A stretch of 64,000 bases of DNA. Source: Paragordius varius (taxonomy: Eukaryota > Animalia > Nematomorpha). Made by a program: the position numbers and the translations under genes. The notes beneath the pieces are model-generated. The model made no database searches. It saw nothing but the letters and a program-made list of their open reading frames with translations, and was not told where the DNA came from. This document shows positions 23,290-35,128 of this stretch, one piece after another; within the stretch, counting starts at the first letter, position 1, and each line of letters opens with the position of its first letter. Location of the stretch: the NCBI GenBank assembly GCA_964247055.1, contig OZ176055.1, positions 6,758,001 to 6,822,000 on the forward strand, read 5' to 3'.

Positions 23290-24339
23290 TCATAATTATT
23301 AAAAAATGGAAAATGCTGGCTTTGTGATCTGGTATCGGAAAACCAGTGCTTTCATTCAAGTCCAAACATCGAAAAAATATAATCATTAATGAATGCCACG
23401 ACAATAGCTTCGCCCTTTTTTTGAAATAGGCTCCCAGTTCGGGCCCACCCCGTATGAAAAACGGTTTTTTTTTAAAACAGAAGTCCGCAAAAATCGTATC
23501 TTTGAAACAATTTTCTGGAAAACGTGTTGGATCATTCAATTTCAAATATGATTTTTGTTTACTTATTTTCGATTGCGCCGAACATGGTCGTCTCGCTTTT
23601 TTAATTTAAGTCCCTCTTTTCACCCGTCACCCCCGTAAAATGCCATTTTTTTCAAAAAATAAAGCCCACAAAAATAATTTTTTGATTGTATTTGCCCAAG
23701 GTATGAGATGTAAAAATTCAATGAGGATTTTTCGCATTTCCTGTTAAAAGGCAAAAATTTTAGTTAAGCGTTTCTTTGATGATAGCTGTTGGGTAAGGAG
23801 CTACCCGCTAAAAACTGATTCATCATGTAACTTTGTGATCTGTTTCCGGAAAACCGGTGAACCCAATCAAATCTAAATATCGAAAAAATTTAATCATTAA
23901 TAAATGTCCCGACAATAGCTTCGCCTTTTTTGGAATTAGGCCCCCAGTTCGGGCCTACCCCGTGTAAAAAACAGGTTGAGACAATTTTCCGGAGAACGTG
24001 TTGGACCATTCAATTTCAAATATGATTTTTGTTTACTTATTTTTGATCGCGCCAAACATAGTCGACTCACCTTTTCGATTTAGGCCCTCTTTTTACCCGC
24101 TACCCCCGTAAAATGCCATTTTTTTCAAAAAAAAACAGTCCACAAAAATAATTTATTGGTTGTATTTTTTTCCCCACGTATGAGACTGTAAAAATTCGAT
24201 CAGGATTTTTCGTATTACCTGTTAAAAGGCAAAAATTTTAGTCAGGGTTTTTTTTGATGATAGCTGCTGAGTAAGGAGTATCTATCATATGTATAGGATG
24301 TTAAAAAATATATGGATAATAAAACATTATTTATGGTAA

Positions 24340-24415
<76 letters not shown>

Positions 24416-26300
24416 GGGAAATGCTGGCTTTGTGATCTGGTACCGGAAAACCGATAGACCCATTCAAATCCATACATCGAAAAAATATAATCATTAATGA
24501 ATGCCCCGATAATAGCTTCGCCCTTTTTTTGAAATAGGCCCCCAGTTCGGGCCCACACCGTGTGAAAAAGGGTTTTATTTGAAAACAGAAGTCCGCAAAA
24601 ATTGTGTCTTTGAGACAATTTTCTGGAGAACGTGTTGGATCATTCAATTTCAAACATGATTATTGTTAACTTATTTTCGATTGCGCCGAACAAAGTCGCT
24701 TCGCAGTCCCTTTTTTACCCGCTCCCCCCGGAAAATGCCATTTTTTTTCAAAAAACATAGTCCACAAAAATAATTTTTTTAATCTATTTTTCCCCCAAGT
24801 AAATAACATATTAGTAAATGCACCGTTTTATAATTCCTACAAAATTTTATCTATTAAATAATGTTTCGAAATAATCCACATATGTGGATCATTTTATTGT
24901 CCCTTATTTCAAGCCCCCCCCCCACCCCTCTCCAAAAGTCCGAAGGACTTCCTCGGGCTGCGTGGCAGCACGAGATTTACGCTAGTATATATATTAAATT
25001 TATTCATATCAAATACATACATATGTATATTTATAAAAATGGAAAATTCTGGCTTTGTGATCTGTTCCCGGAAAATCGGTAGACCCATTTAAATCGAAAC
25101 GTCGAAAATATACGATCCATGAATGCCCTGACAATGGCTTCGCTCTTTTTTGGTTTAGGCCCCTAGTTCGGGCCCACACCGTGTAAAGAACGGTTTTTTT
25201 AATACGTAAGTCCATAAAAAATGGTGTCTTTGAGACAATTTTCCAGAAAACGTGTTGAACCATTCGATTTCATGTATAATTTTTTTTGCCTTTTTACCAT
25301 TGCGCCGAACATAGTCCTCGCTTTTTTAATTTAACCTGTCCTTTGACCAGCTACCCCCGTGAAATGACATTTTTCAAAAAAACCAAGTCCATAAAAATAA
25401 TATTTTAAATCTATTTTTCGCCCAAGGTAATAGATTGTAAAAATTAAATAAGGATTCCAGGTATTCCCTTATAAAAGGAAAAAATTTTAGTCTTGTGTTT
25501 TATGGCTGCTGGGTAAGGAGATACCCGCTAAAAACTGACCCGTCTTATCGAAATAGCGTTTATTTCGGGCTGAAATTCAGAAAATCTATCAGTCCATCTG
25601 AGTATAGGGGATTAAAATAATACCCGTAACAAGGCAAGAATTTTGGTGGTGCGGTTTTTTAAAATAAGCCGTTAATTAGCTCTTCACGTCCTGAAAAATG
25701 CGCCCCCTAGAAGGATTTTCAGTTTTGAGCCTTTTTTTTCAAAAATTAATGAGAGCATATGGAATCAATCATGATTCCAGGTATTCTCCGTAAAAAGGCA
25801 AAAAAATCAAGCGGCTTTTTTGTGTCAGCCTCTGGGTAAGAAGATACCCACCTAAAACTGTGCCACCATATCAAAATTGCGTTGTTTAGCAGTTAATTTC
25901 CAAAAAAACTTATCAGGTTACATATATTTAAAAGGCCCTGAAAAAAGTAAAAATTTAAGTAGAGCGGTTTTATTAAATTACCCCTTAATTAGGCCCTTGC
26001 CCTGAAAAATGCGCCACCATAGAATGACTATGAAACAATTTTTCAAAAATCCCACGAGAGCATATGGTATCAATCATAATTCCATGTAATACCCGAATTA
26101 AAAAAAATCTAATCGAGCGTTTTTTTGCCACCGGTTAGTAGGGTACCCGGCTAAAACTGCGCACCATATCGATAAAGCATGCCTTTGGAACCAAATTTCA
26201 GAAAACCTATTTAATGGGAACATATGAAATCCATGATTCTAATATACAGAAAATTTTATGAAGTAATATGAAGTCATTAAAAGCTTGAAATATTACACAT
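23290..26300 (+). mobile_element. Nested/tandem non-autonomous Helitron complex with internal ~175-bp and ~300-bp repeats
   Basis: The 5' module TTATAAAAATGGAAAATGCTGGCTTTGTGATC recurs at ~23300, ~24415 and ~25030. It is homologous to the minus-strand copies at 52410-54290 and 56805-59011. Confidence 0.75.
24281..24985 (+). mobile_element. Non-autonomous Helitron with complete termini
   Basis: A|TC at 24281. 3' hairpin CGGGCTGC-GTG-GCAGCACG (24954-24972), 9 nt, then CTAG|T at 24982-24985. No TSD. Confidence 0.85.
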
Positions 26301-27325
26301 AACTAGATAAAAAAGGTCAGGTGTTTTTTATTAACAGTTAATTTTGGGCTTACCCGAATACGTCATCATACGATCATTTAGTGTGCAGGTATTTTTTCGA
26401 ATAACCCATGAGACGAAGATATCAAAGATGATTCCATATATTTGCCCTATAACAGCAAAGAATTTAACTCAGCGCTTTCATATAAGTCTATGGGTAGGGG
26501 TCAACCGATTTAAAACTGAGACGCCCTACAAAAATGGCGTGGTTTTGGAGCTAATTTTCAAAAAACTTAAGAAGCCATACGAGTTGAGTTAACACATTTC
26601 CGGGGAATTTGTAAAACATCATTCTTTTTTTTAAAGGGAGCTCAAAGATTTCTTTTTATCTTTAATCTCAACTGTGTGCACAATTAAATAAAACTTTTAA
26701 CCATGATTTCTTTAAACAAATTTTTAACATAAATCCAATGAAAGTTGAATATTAACTTTAATAAGGAAATAATAATTGAGCCTATGCAAAAACCTGTAAA
26801 AGAATAATTAAAGCATTCTTTTTATGTTTTTTATTATTTTTTTATCTCCATTACCTCTATATATTGCAAATTATTAAGAATAATTATCGGTGAGACTACG
26901 TCACAGCGATGACAGGACCAGCTAGTATTCTAACAAATTCGATAATAAGGAAATTATTTATATAAAAATAATACACATTTGATTTTTTATTCTTATATTG
27001 AAATGATCTTATCATTATAATGCCGAAAATCATATTTTAATAATAGTAAATCTTTTAAACAAAATTTCATTTTTTAAAACATAAAAAATATGGGTAAATT
27101 TTAATTTTCAAAAACACATAATTTATTTTAGGGTCAATTAAAATTGTTCAAGGGTGAATGAATTTAAACTGTTGGTATATAATAATGTTTGTAAATAAAT
27201 TTGACATTTATAATCAGAGTACATCTGCTAATTTAAATATGTTATAAATTTATTCGCATTAAGTATAGCTTTATCCTTGAATTTTAAAAAAAGCCTTTTC
27301 TTTTTATCTTAAATTACAATTTTGT

Positions 27326-30300
27326 ATGGATTATAATGGTGATTATACTAAATCCAAATCCTACGTTTATGTACCGAAAGACGAAATTTTTTCTTTTATT
27401 TTCTCATGCCTTCAAAAAGTTGGCGCCACTTCACATGAACAAATTTATAGCTTAGCCCGAGTCCTTTATGAAGCCGATCTCCGGGGACATCCTAGTCACG
27501 GCCTTAACCGATTAAGTTTGATTTCCTTTCAAAAAATATTTTGTTGATTTTATTCATATAATTTTATTTATACAAAAAATTAATTTTAGTTTTTACCATG
27601 AGTTGTATAAGAAATCAATAAAAAAGATTTAAAAATTGAATTAAAACTAAAACTTTGCAGATTTATTGGGACGCAATCAATTTATTAATTAAAAACGTGT
27701 ATAAAATTTAAGTATTTTAAGATGGTTAACATTGTTGTATTAAATTTAGCCATTGATAATCAAATATAAACATATTATAGTTAATTTATTTTCATGATTT
27801 ATATAGTTAATAAGTCGTAAATTTTTTAAGAAATGTACATTGAAGATATACAATCGGGTCTTTGCAAAACTTCACCAGAACTGAAACCAGAAATAGTGCG
27901 TGAAACCCCAACTATCGCCCTAGTGAATGGCCATGGTTTGATTGGTAGTTATGTTGGAGAATTTTGCATGGATATTGCATGTGATAAAGCACAAGCTACT
28001 GGAATATCTATCGTCGCTTGCTATAGTAATTTAGTTTTATTTAGCATAACTTTTTAGATTCAAATCATTTTGGTATAGCTGGATATTATACCTCAATAGC
28101 CAGTCGAAAAGGATTACTTGTAAATATTTTTTACAATACTATGTATTTTTTCAATAATAATTTATTTATACAAAAAAACGTATATCATTGATGATATTTT
28201 TTAGGGTATATGTTTGAGTAACACATCGCCTTGCGTTATTCCAACTCGTGGTAAAGAACCGTTAATTGGAACAAATCCCATTGCTATGGAAACTCCTTGT
28301 GGTTCGGCTGGCAATTCCGAAACATTCATGCTTGATATGGCTACATCGGTTGTAGCGATAGGCAAGGTTACATTTTTATGCCAGCAAAACCATACATCAT
28401 TTTGTATTTTGGAGTGGTGAATAGTATAAGAAAGTTATTTTAAAGTTTACATCGATTAATTTTCCGTAATTCATGAATTTATTTGCGATTGGGCTTAGCC
28501 TTCAAATGGTGATACGTTTATTATAATGGTGTTTGTGTAGTTACTCGGTTCATAATCAATCCAAATATATTATCTTTAAAACAAAAACATCTCCAATCAG
28601 GGGTCAATTTTAATACTTTTTAAAGAATATTTCGAAATAACAAAAAGTTTAACACCAGTTTTACAGGATATCTTACAATTTAGATTGAACATCTCAAGAT
28701 ACTCAATAAAACAGAGCTTCCCAAAAACACCATATGGGGCGCAGATTCTCGTGGTAAACCGAGCACAAATATTTGTTCTCTATTGTCTGATGGAGGCCAT
28801 ATATATCCTTTAGGTGGTCCATTTGAAATAAATGGTGGACACAAAGGATACGGATTGTCTTTATTGGTTGAAGTTCTAACTAGCGTGCTTTCTGGGCCAG
28901 ATACTGTAGACAAAACACAGTTATTTGCTCCAAACGCCAATAATCACTTCAAAAATTCGGTTGTACACATTTTTGATAATTACTTATATGTTTTTTATGC
29001 TTTTAAATAATCTTTTTAAATTTAATTTTTAATATCCCATTTAAATATAGAACCAAACGTTTATGGTTATTGATCCGCGTTATTTTGATCAAAAGCATTC
29101 AGTCGAACCATTTCATCAAAGATTAAATCAACTATCTTCCCGTTTAAGAGCATCGGCCCCGGTATAAAATACTATAAATTTATAATATCAATTCTAATGT
29201 CTGATTAACATTGCTTTTAATATAACTGAAGTTACAAATCTTCAAATAATAAAATAAGTAAATATGTATTTTAATTACATAGATTGACCCACAATATCCT
29301 GTATTGATACCGGGCGATCCTGAGAGAAAGCATATTGAGCTAATTAATAAAACTCACAATGGACATATCCCATATCATATAAATCAAATAAAGGCCTTTG
29401 TATATTTTTTCTTGTATTATTTGTTAATTTCCATATAATTTAATTGTCGATAATTTTATATAACCGAAAAATTCTTGTTAATTTATTAAATTTAGTTTTA
29501 TCATTAAACTTTACTAGTTCTGTACATAAGTTTTTACTAATTTAACTAAGAAAATATGTCTGCGAAAAGCATGCAGACTAATTTCATACAGACCCCATTT
29601 TGTTCAACTGACATTAAACGACAAAAATAAAAAAGTTGAGTTCGCCAAAAATTAGCATCTTATATTATCATTCATTGATCATGTCGAATTTTGTGCTTGA
29701 AAATGAACGTTTACGGCACGCATTGTAATCAGAAGATATAGGATGTTGAAACCCACGCAACTTAAATGAACGAAATTGAAAATCGCAAAGTGACTCGTGA
29801 AATCCTGTGTCAACGTCACGAAAAGATTTTTTTGCATCGAATTGGTGTGTGTAATCAGAAAGGTTTTATTTTGAATCCAAAGCGGAAAAAATCGTGGCTT
29901 TCAAGTTGCCAATCCCGTTCATCAAAAACAATGCCAAATCGTTTCCGCAAGAAGATCCATGCTCTGTTTCTAGTGAGACCAGAGCGATATTGTGCATTAT
30001 AAACATTTAAAACCCATTGAAAACGTTTGCACACAGCAATATGGCCAACAAATAATTAATTTAAATGATGCATTAATTGAAAATGGACAGGAATTCGCCA
30101 GAAGACATGGCAAAGTGATTTTGCTACATGACAACGCTCCATCTCACACAACAAAGCCATTGATGGGCACCTTGACAACGCTTTGATGGGGAATTCTTCC
30201 CCATCCACTGAACTCTCCTGAGCTACCGCCATCTGATTCATTCGCATCAATGGAACACTTTCTCAGAGTACCGCTTCAAAAACTTCGAAGACGTTGAAAT

Positions 30301-30823
30301 GGTGGTTTTCGACAAAAAATAATCAGTCTTTAGAGGCGACATCCACATATTACCTGAAAGATGGGCGAATTGTTTAAAAGCCGCTGGACAATATTTTGAA
30401 TAACATAAATAATTGAATTTCTTTCAAAATTACATCTTATTATTCAAAAAAGGTAATTTATGAATATTACACTTGGTATATCCATGAAATTTTCCTAAGA
30501 TATAGGTTGTAGTCTAATTTAATCACTTTCAATATAAATATATTTTTACCATGTATAAATCAGTGATTTTTATATTGGACCTAAATGTAAATGAAAAATG
30601 ATTATACATTTAATGATAAAAAAATTTTACCCTTTTATGATAAATTGTTTTTTGGTTGTATAAATCAATAATTTTATGCGTTAATAATAATTTATTCTAA
30701 AAATATGAAAAAAAATCTAATTGCGAAATTTGCCAAATAATTTTTTTACTCTATTACAATTAGAATCATTTGGCCAAAACCCTGGATGTTAAACCTTTGA
30801 TCCCAGAAATATTTTGTATATGA
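27326..30823 (+). CDS. Ldh_2 (malate/L-lactate dehydrogenase type 2, sulfolactate/ureidoglycolate dehydrogenase-like) family oxidoreductase. Exons 27326-27515, 27831-28025, 28058-28119, 28205-28366, 28684-28959, 29051-29161, 29283-29399, 30764-30823
   Basis: Family motifs ADLRGHPSHGLNRL, VNGHGLIG, SNHFGIAGYY, SNTSP..PTRG...IGTNPIA, LDMATS.VA.GK, PLGG....GGHKGYGL and IPGDPE. Splice phases are consistent. Confidence 0.92.
29681..30403 (+). mobile_element. Decayed, internally deleted mariner (Mos1/mauritiana-like DD34D) transposase pseudogene in the last Ldh_2 intron
   Basis: MSNFV start, then FLHRI, NPKRKKSW, PNRF.KK, KVILLHDNAPSHT, SPELPPSD and LPERW..C....GQYFE*. It has frameshifts and stops, and the HTH region is missing after ~29725. 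Confidence 0.9.
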
Positions 30824-31016
30824 ACTATAATTTATGACTTTTTTATTTGATTTAATTTTTGTCAAATCACACACATTAATAAATATGAATTTAGTTATTT
30901 ATGTGAACATTGTTTTAGCCGTCCATTTTCCTTTTATAACGATAAATGGAATTCGCAGAGGAAATAAATTATTTTTAGAACTCCATTCAACACATCTGCT
31001 TTTATTTATTTGTTAA

Positions 31017-31596
31017 CACTTCGATTCAAATTGGGGTATCTAAATACCCCCAGACTAAATTTAAGTTAGGATTTTTAAAAAACTATTGAAGGAAACGGTC
31101 CCAATTAAATTTATGCTTCTGTCTTGTTAACAATTATATAAATATGCCAAAATATCTAACAAAAATTTGTTTTGAAAAAAAAGTTCCATGTCAAACTACT
31201 TCGACGCCATTTTTATTTTACATAATTTATGTAATATATCATCTTCATTTAATTTTAAGGATAAAATTAAAGCTATTTTTTATTTAAATTACATCTAACA
31301 TTGATATAAATAGAAAAAGCGGTTTGTTTTGTATTATTTTTTAATTTTACGATTGCACACATGTCACGTTGACTTAATTTTTACCTTTCGGTTTTAGCTT
31401 AAAATAAGTAATATCAAGTATTTTTGAAAATTTTTTTTTGTATATTTCGGTTTTTAATGTTAGTTATGTAAGTGCAACATTTTGCCATGGTTTCGTTCCT
31501 TCCATATTTTCTAAAGATTTTAATTAAACAAACCTGGGGTATTTAACTACCACAATTTGAATCGAAGGACTAAAATGAATGTGTTGTATCCAAGTG
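31017..31596 (+). mobile_element. ~0.55-kb non-autonomous element family F (TTAA|CACTT...AAGTG|TTAA, offset inner inverted repeat TTCGATTCAAATTGGGGTA). Copies at 34089-34576 (-), 41905-42473, ~54660-55198, ~61770-62345
   Basis: Collinear similarity among five copies. TTAA flanks both ends of the 31017 and 34089 copies. Confidence 0.75.
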
Positions 31597-31849
31597 TTAA
31601 AAAAACATTTAAATTGATTATCGCATATACAATATGCATTTAATGGTTGCATATTTCACACTATAATTAGGCGATTTGAGACACATTAGTGTATGGAAAA
31701 AACAGCAAAATATGGAAACAATTTTTTCCTTTCTTATATTACCTTTTTTATTGTATTCAATTATTTGTTCTTTATTCCATACTACTGTGTTGCAAATTGT
31801 CCAATTATAGTGTGAAAGTATCCTTTATTTTATCAAAAAAATTTTTTTT

Positions 31850-31982
31850 AATGGGTATAAATATTTGGTAAAGAATGGAAAAAACAAGAGCTCTATGGTA
31901 TATACTTTTTTGATAAATATGATATTGTTAATACCATGGAGCTCTTGTTTTCTCCATTCTTTAACAAATATTTATACCCATT
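31850..31982. repeat. Isolated inverted repeat: 52-bp arms (3 mismatches), 29-nt spacer
   Basis: 31851-31901 is the reverse complement of 31931-31981. Confidence 0.9.
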
Positions 31983-34900
31983 TAACAAAAGAAAATAAAT
32001 TTTGATAAAATAAAGGACACATGACTGTATATTGCATTTTAAAGTAATCGTAAATGAAACGATTTTTAGTTTTTTATTGGTGCACAATCAAGTTTGGAAA
32101 ATGCTTTTGAATTTGATTCTTTGGATTATGGCAAGGGGAGTTTGTAATAAAAAAAACGGTGTTGATTGCATTCGTCATTCTTACTGTTGACAAATTAGCT
32201 GGTCTATTTTAGGAAATTATTTATTGGGGTATTAAACATTAACCTAAAATGAAATTCAAAGTTAAAAAATGCTTCTTGTTAAATTTTGACAGGATATTTG
32301 TAATAATTTTTAATTTTATGATCAGCGGTTTAATTGGATCAATATTTAAAGCTTTTAACTATTAAAAATAATATATTAGTTAATGTTTGATAATTATTTA
32401 TTAAAAATTATTCTAATGATTATTTTGAAAGTTTGTTAATATCCCATTTTTTTAATATTTCATATCCTAAAAAGTTTTAAATCCTTTTAAACTTTGTATT
32501 ATGGATTTAAAATCATATGTTTTTTAAATATATATTTGGCGGCAAAGAGAGGAGGTTTTTCTTATTTTTTAACGTTTTTGAAAATAATGCACTTAAAAAA
32601 TCTGTTAATCATAATACTTCATTGCTTTGGAGTAATTACCGCAAATATAAACAATTTAAAATGTGTATAGTTTCAGTTAAAAATATGCCTTTTATGTTTT
32701 TAACGCATAATACAAAAAAATATCTCTAAATTGTTAAGAAAAAGCTCAACTCAAAATTTCCACCAACTTATTTTTGGTTTTCTAATTTAAGAATCTGATT
32801 AAAAATAAAACTTCAAAATCAGCTGTTCAATTTAAATGCTGTCAAAGTTTTGGACCAGCTATAAAAAAATTATAAAAAGTAAGTGAGAGTGTAATCTTAT
32901 ATTATAACAAATATAACACTTTATGACTTTTTGCGGTGGTTTTTAGGCTCTTTATAAATTAAATATCTCTTAAAAAATATTTTTAGCTTTGCAATTTAAA
33001 TTATGCTTTTTAGCCTTTTAGGAGCAAGATACAAACATTTACAATAATGTAAATTGAGCAAGATACAAACATTTACAATAATGTAAATTGTAAAAATATC
33101 CTCATCTCAAACTTTTCGCCGCTATTTTTTTTTTAATATATATGAAATGGTTAACATAAATAATTAACTATTATAAGCTTATATACGATCGAGCAAATTT
33201 TTGATATATATATATATATATAAATGATGTAGGAATCGTCGTAAAATAACGCAAATAATAAAAATATAATTTATTAATTCTCAAATTTTCGCCATAGGCA
33301 TCATCAGGAGATTAGTTAAGAAAAATATATATAATATAAGAAAATAAAAATTAAATTAAAAATATAGAATAAATATATACTGTTTGTTCAAAACAAATTT
33401 ATGAACCCGAATTTGGGACTCTAGCAGTTAAAAAACTATTTCTAAGTTGTTTACATAACAATGACCTTTGGAGTAGGTTTACATCCCAGATAATTTGAAA
33501 TTTAAATATCTTAAAAAGTGTTTGAGGTATACCGAATTAAAAATATGCTTTTTTAGCATTTAAGACGCATTATACAAAAAAATTTTTAATGTAAAATTGC
33601 TATCTCATCTCAAGCTTTTTCGCCACCATTTTTTGCTTATGTTTTTTATATCGTTATTGCAACAGCAAATTATATATATATTATGGTTAGAAAATGTAAA
33701 TGATTAAAAAGCGCTCAGGCTAAAATTTGATAATTGATTGTAATATCAGCTGTTCGTCTCCATGTTATAGCTGTCCCAATTTTAGACTCTTAAAGTCAAA
33801 CTCGGCAAAAATATAAGTTTTAAATCTAATGCGTGAGAAAAATACTTGACAATTAAATTATAACCAAGAGTTTCGAAATAGTAGTGTATTAACAATATTC
33901 AGCTCTGTGATAAGAAATATGTCACCCCGGACAAACAAATGAAAAGGTCTAATGTGTTAATATAAGAGAAAAAACAATCTAAAAACATTTTTACTTCTTT
34001 AACTTTGGCCAAAAACTATCCCAATATGTCATCGTCTATAAAAAAAATATATTGAAGTGTTAATTTCAATACCCACTTGGGTAATTAAACCTGAATACAA
34101 CGCATCGATTTCAGTCCTTCGATTCGAATTGGGGTAGTTAGATACCCCACGCTTGTTTAAAACTAAATATTTTAAAAAATATGGAATAAATTTAAACCAT
34201 TGCAAAAGTTTGCACTTATATAACATTACTGAACCGAAATGTGATAAAAAATTTATTCAAATATACTTATTATTACTTAATAAGAGGCAAAACTCAATTG
34301 TAAAATATTAAGCCAACATGACATGTGTGCATGAGCTAAATGTAAAAATAATGCTAAATATACCACTTTTTCGGTTTATATTAATGTTAAATGTGATTTT
34401 AATTAAAAAACCTTTTTCCAAAACTAAATCTTCTTTGGATGTTTTGTTTATTTATATAATTTTTTTTAGGATAGAAGCATAAATATAAATTAGAGCCATT
34501 TCTTTCAGTAGTTTTTTAAAAATATCAATTTAAATATTAACTGGGGTATTTAGACACCCCAATTTGAATCGGAGTGTTAATGACGCCAGATTAAAATTTA
34601 TATTATAAAAACTAATGAATGGAGCGGTTCTAATTTAAATTTTTGCTTCTATCCCAGTGGTACTCACTCAATTTAAAGCTATAAAATATAGTTTTGTTAA
34701 CTTATTTGCCGTATTTGATCTTACGCTAAAATAAATTTTACTTTTTTTAAAATTACAAACATTCAGGATGATCAAAAAATAAGTTATAGAAAGTATCTTT
34801 GAAGTTCATCACTTTTTATTTGGAAGAATTTTTGTAATGGCTTTGATTTAGTCCATTTTTTTGAAATATTATATTCTAACAAGACGAGAGGAAATTAACG

Positions 34901-35128
34901 ATCCCAATTTGAATCGAAGATCTGAAACAAATCGTTTGTATTCGTTTGTTAAAATCGCCCTAAACTACAAAACTACACTACAAGGTAATGAAGAATAATA
35001 AAATTATGTAAGTTACAAAGAGTGCAATAATTGTAATATATATTAAATTGTAAATAATTTTGTTCTTTTAAAATAAATTTCACTTATAATGTCAGTTGTC
35101 AAATTTGTTTGCAGTATGGTAATGTGAC

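Noticed and set aside
23213-25263. Recurrent ORFs MKLNDPTR..CLKDTIFADFCF.. (also 58721-59030) as a multicopy gene family
   Set aside because: They are translations of the Helitron internal repeat. Frames and stops differ among copies.
26880-26926. Second Helitron 3' end (GCTAG|T at 26921-26926) closing the 25030-26300 unit
   Set aside because: The upstream hairpin is weak and unrelated to the family's CGGGCTGC hairpin.
27326-30823. Recent bacterial horizontal transfer or contamination for the Ldh_2 gene
   Set aside because: It has seven spliceosomal introns, host-like composition, and animal homologs are known.
33024-33091. 34-bp direct tandem duplication (GAGCAAGATACAAACATTTACAATAATGTAAATT x2)
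   Set aside because: Local slippage inside a degenerate dispersed repeat (similar sequence at ~33500 and ~51870). No functional evidence.
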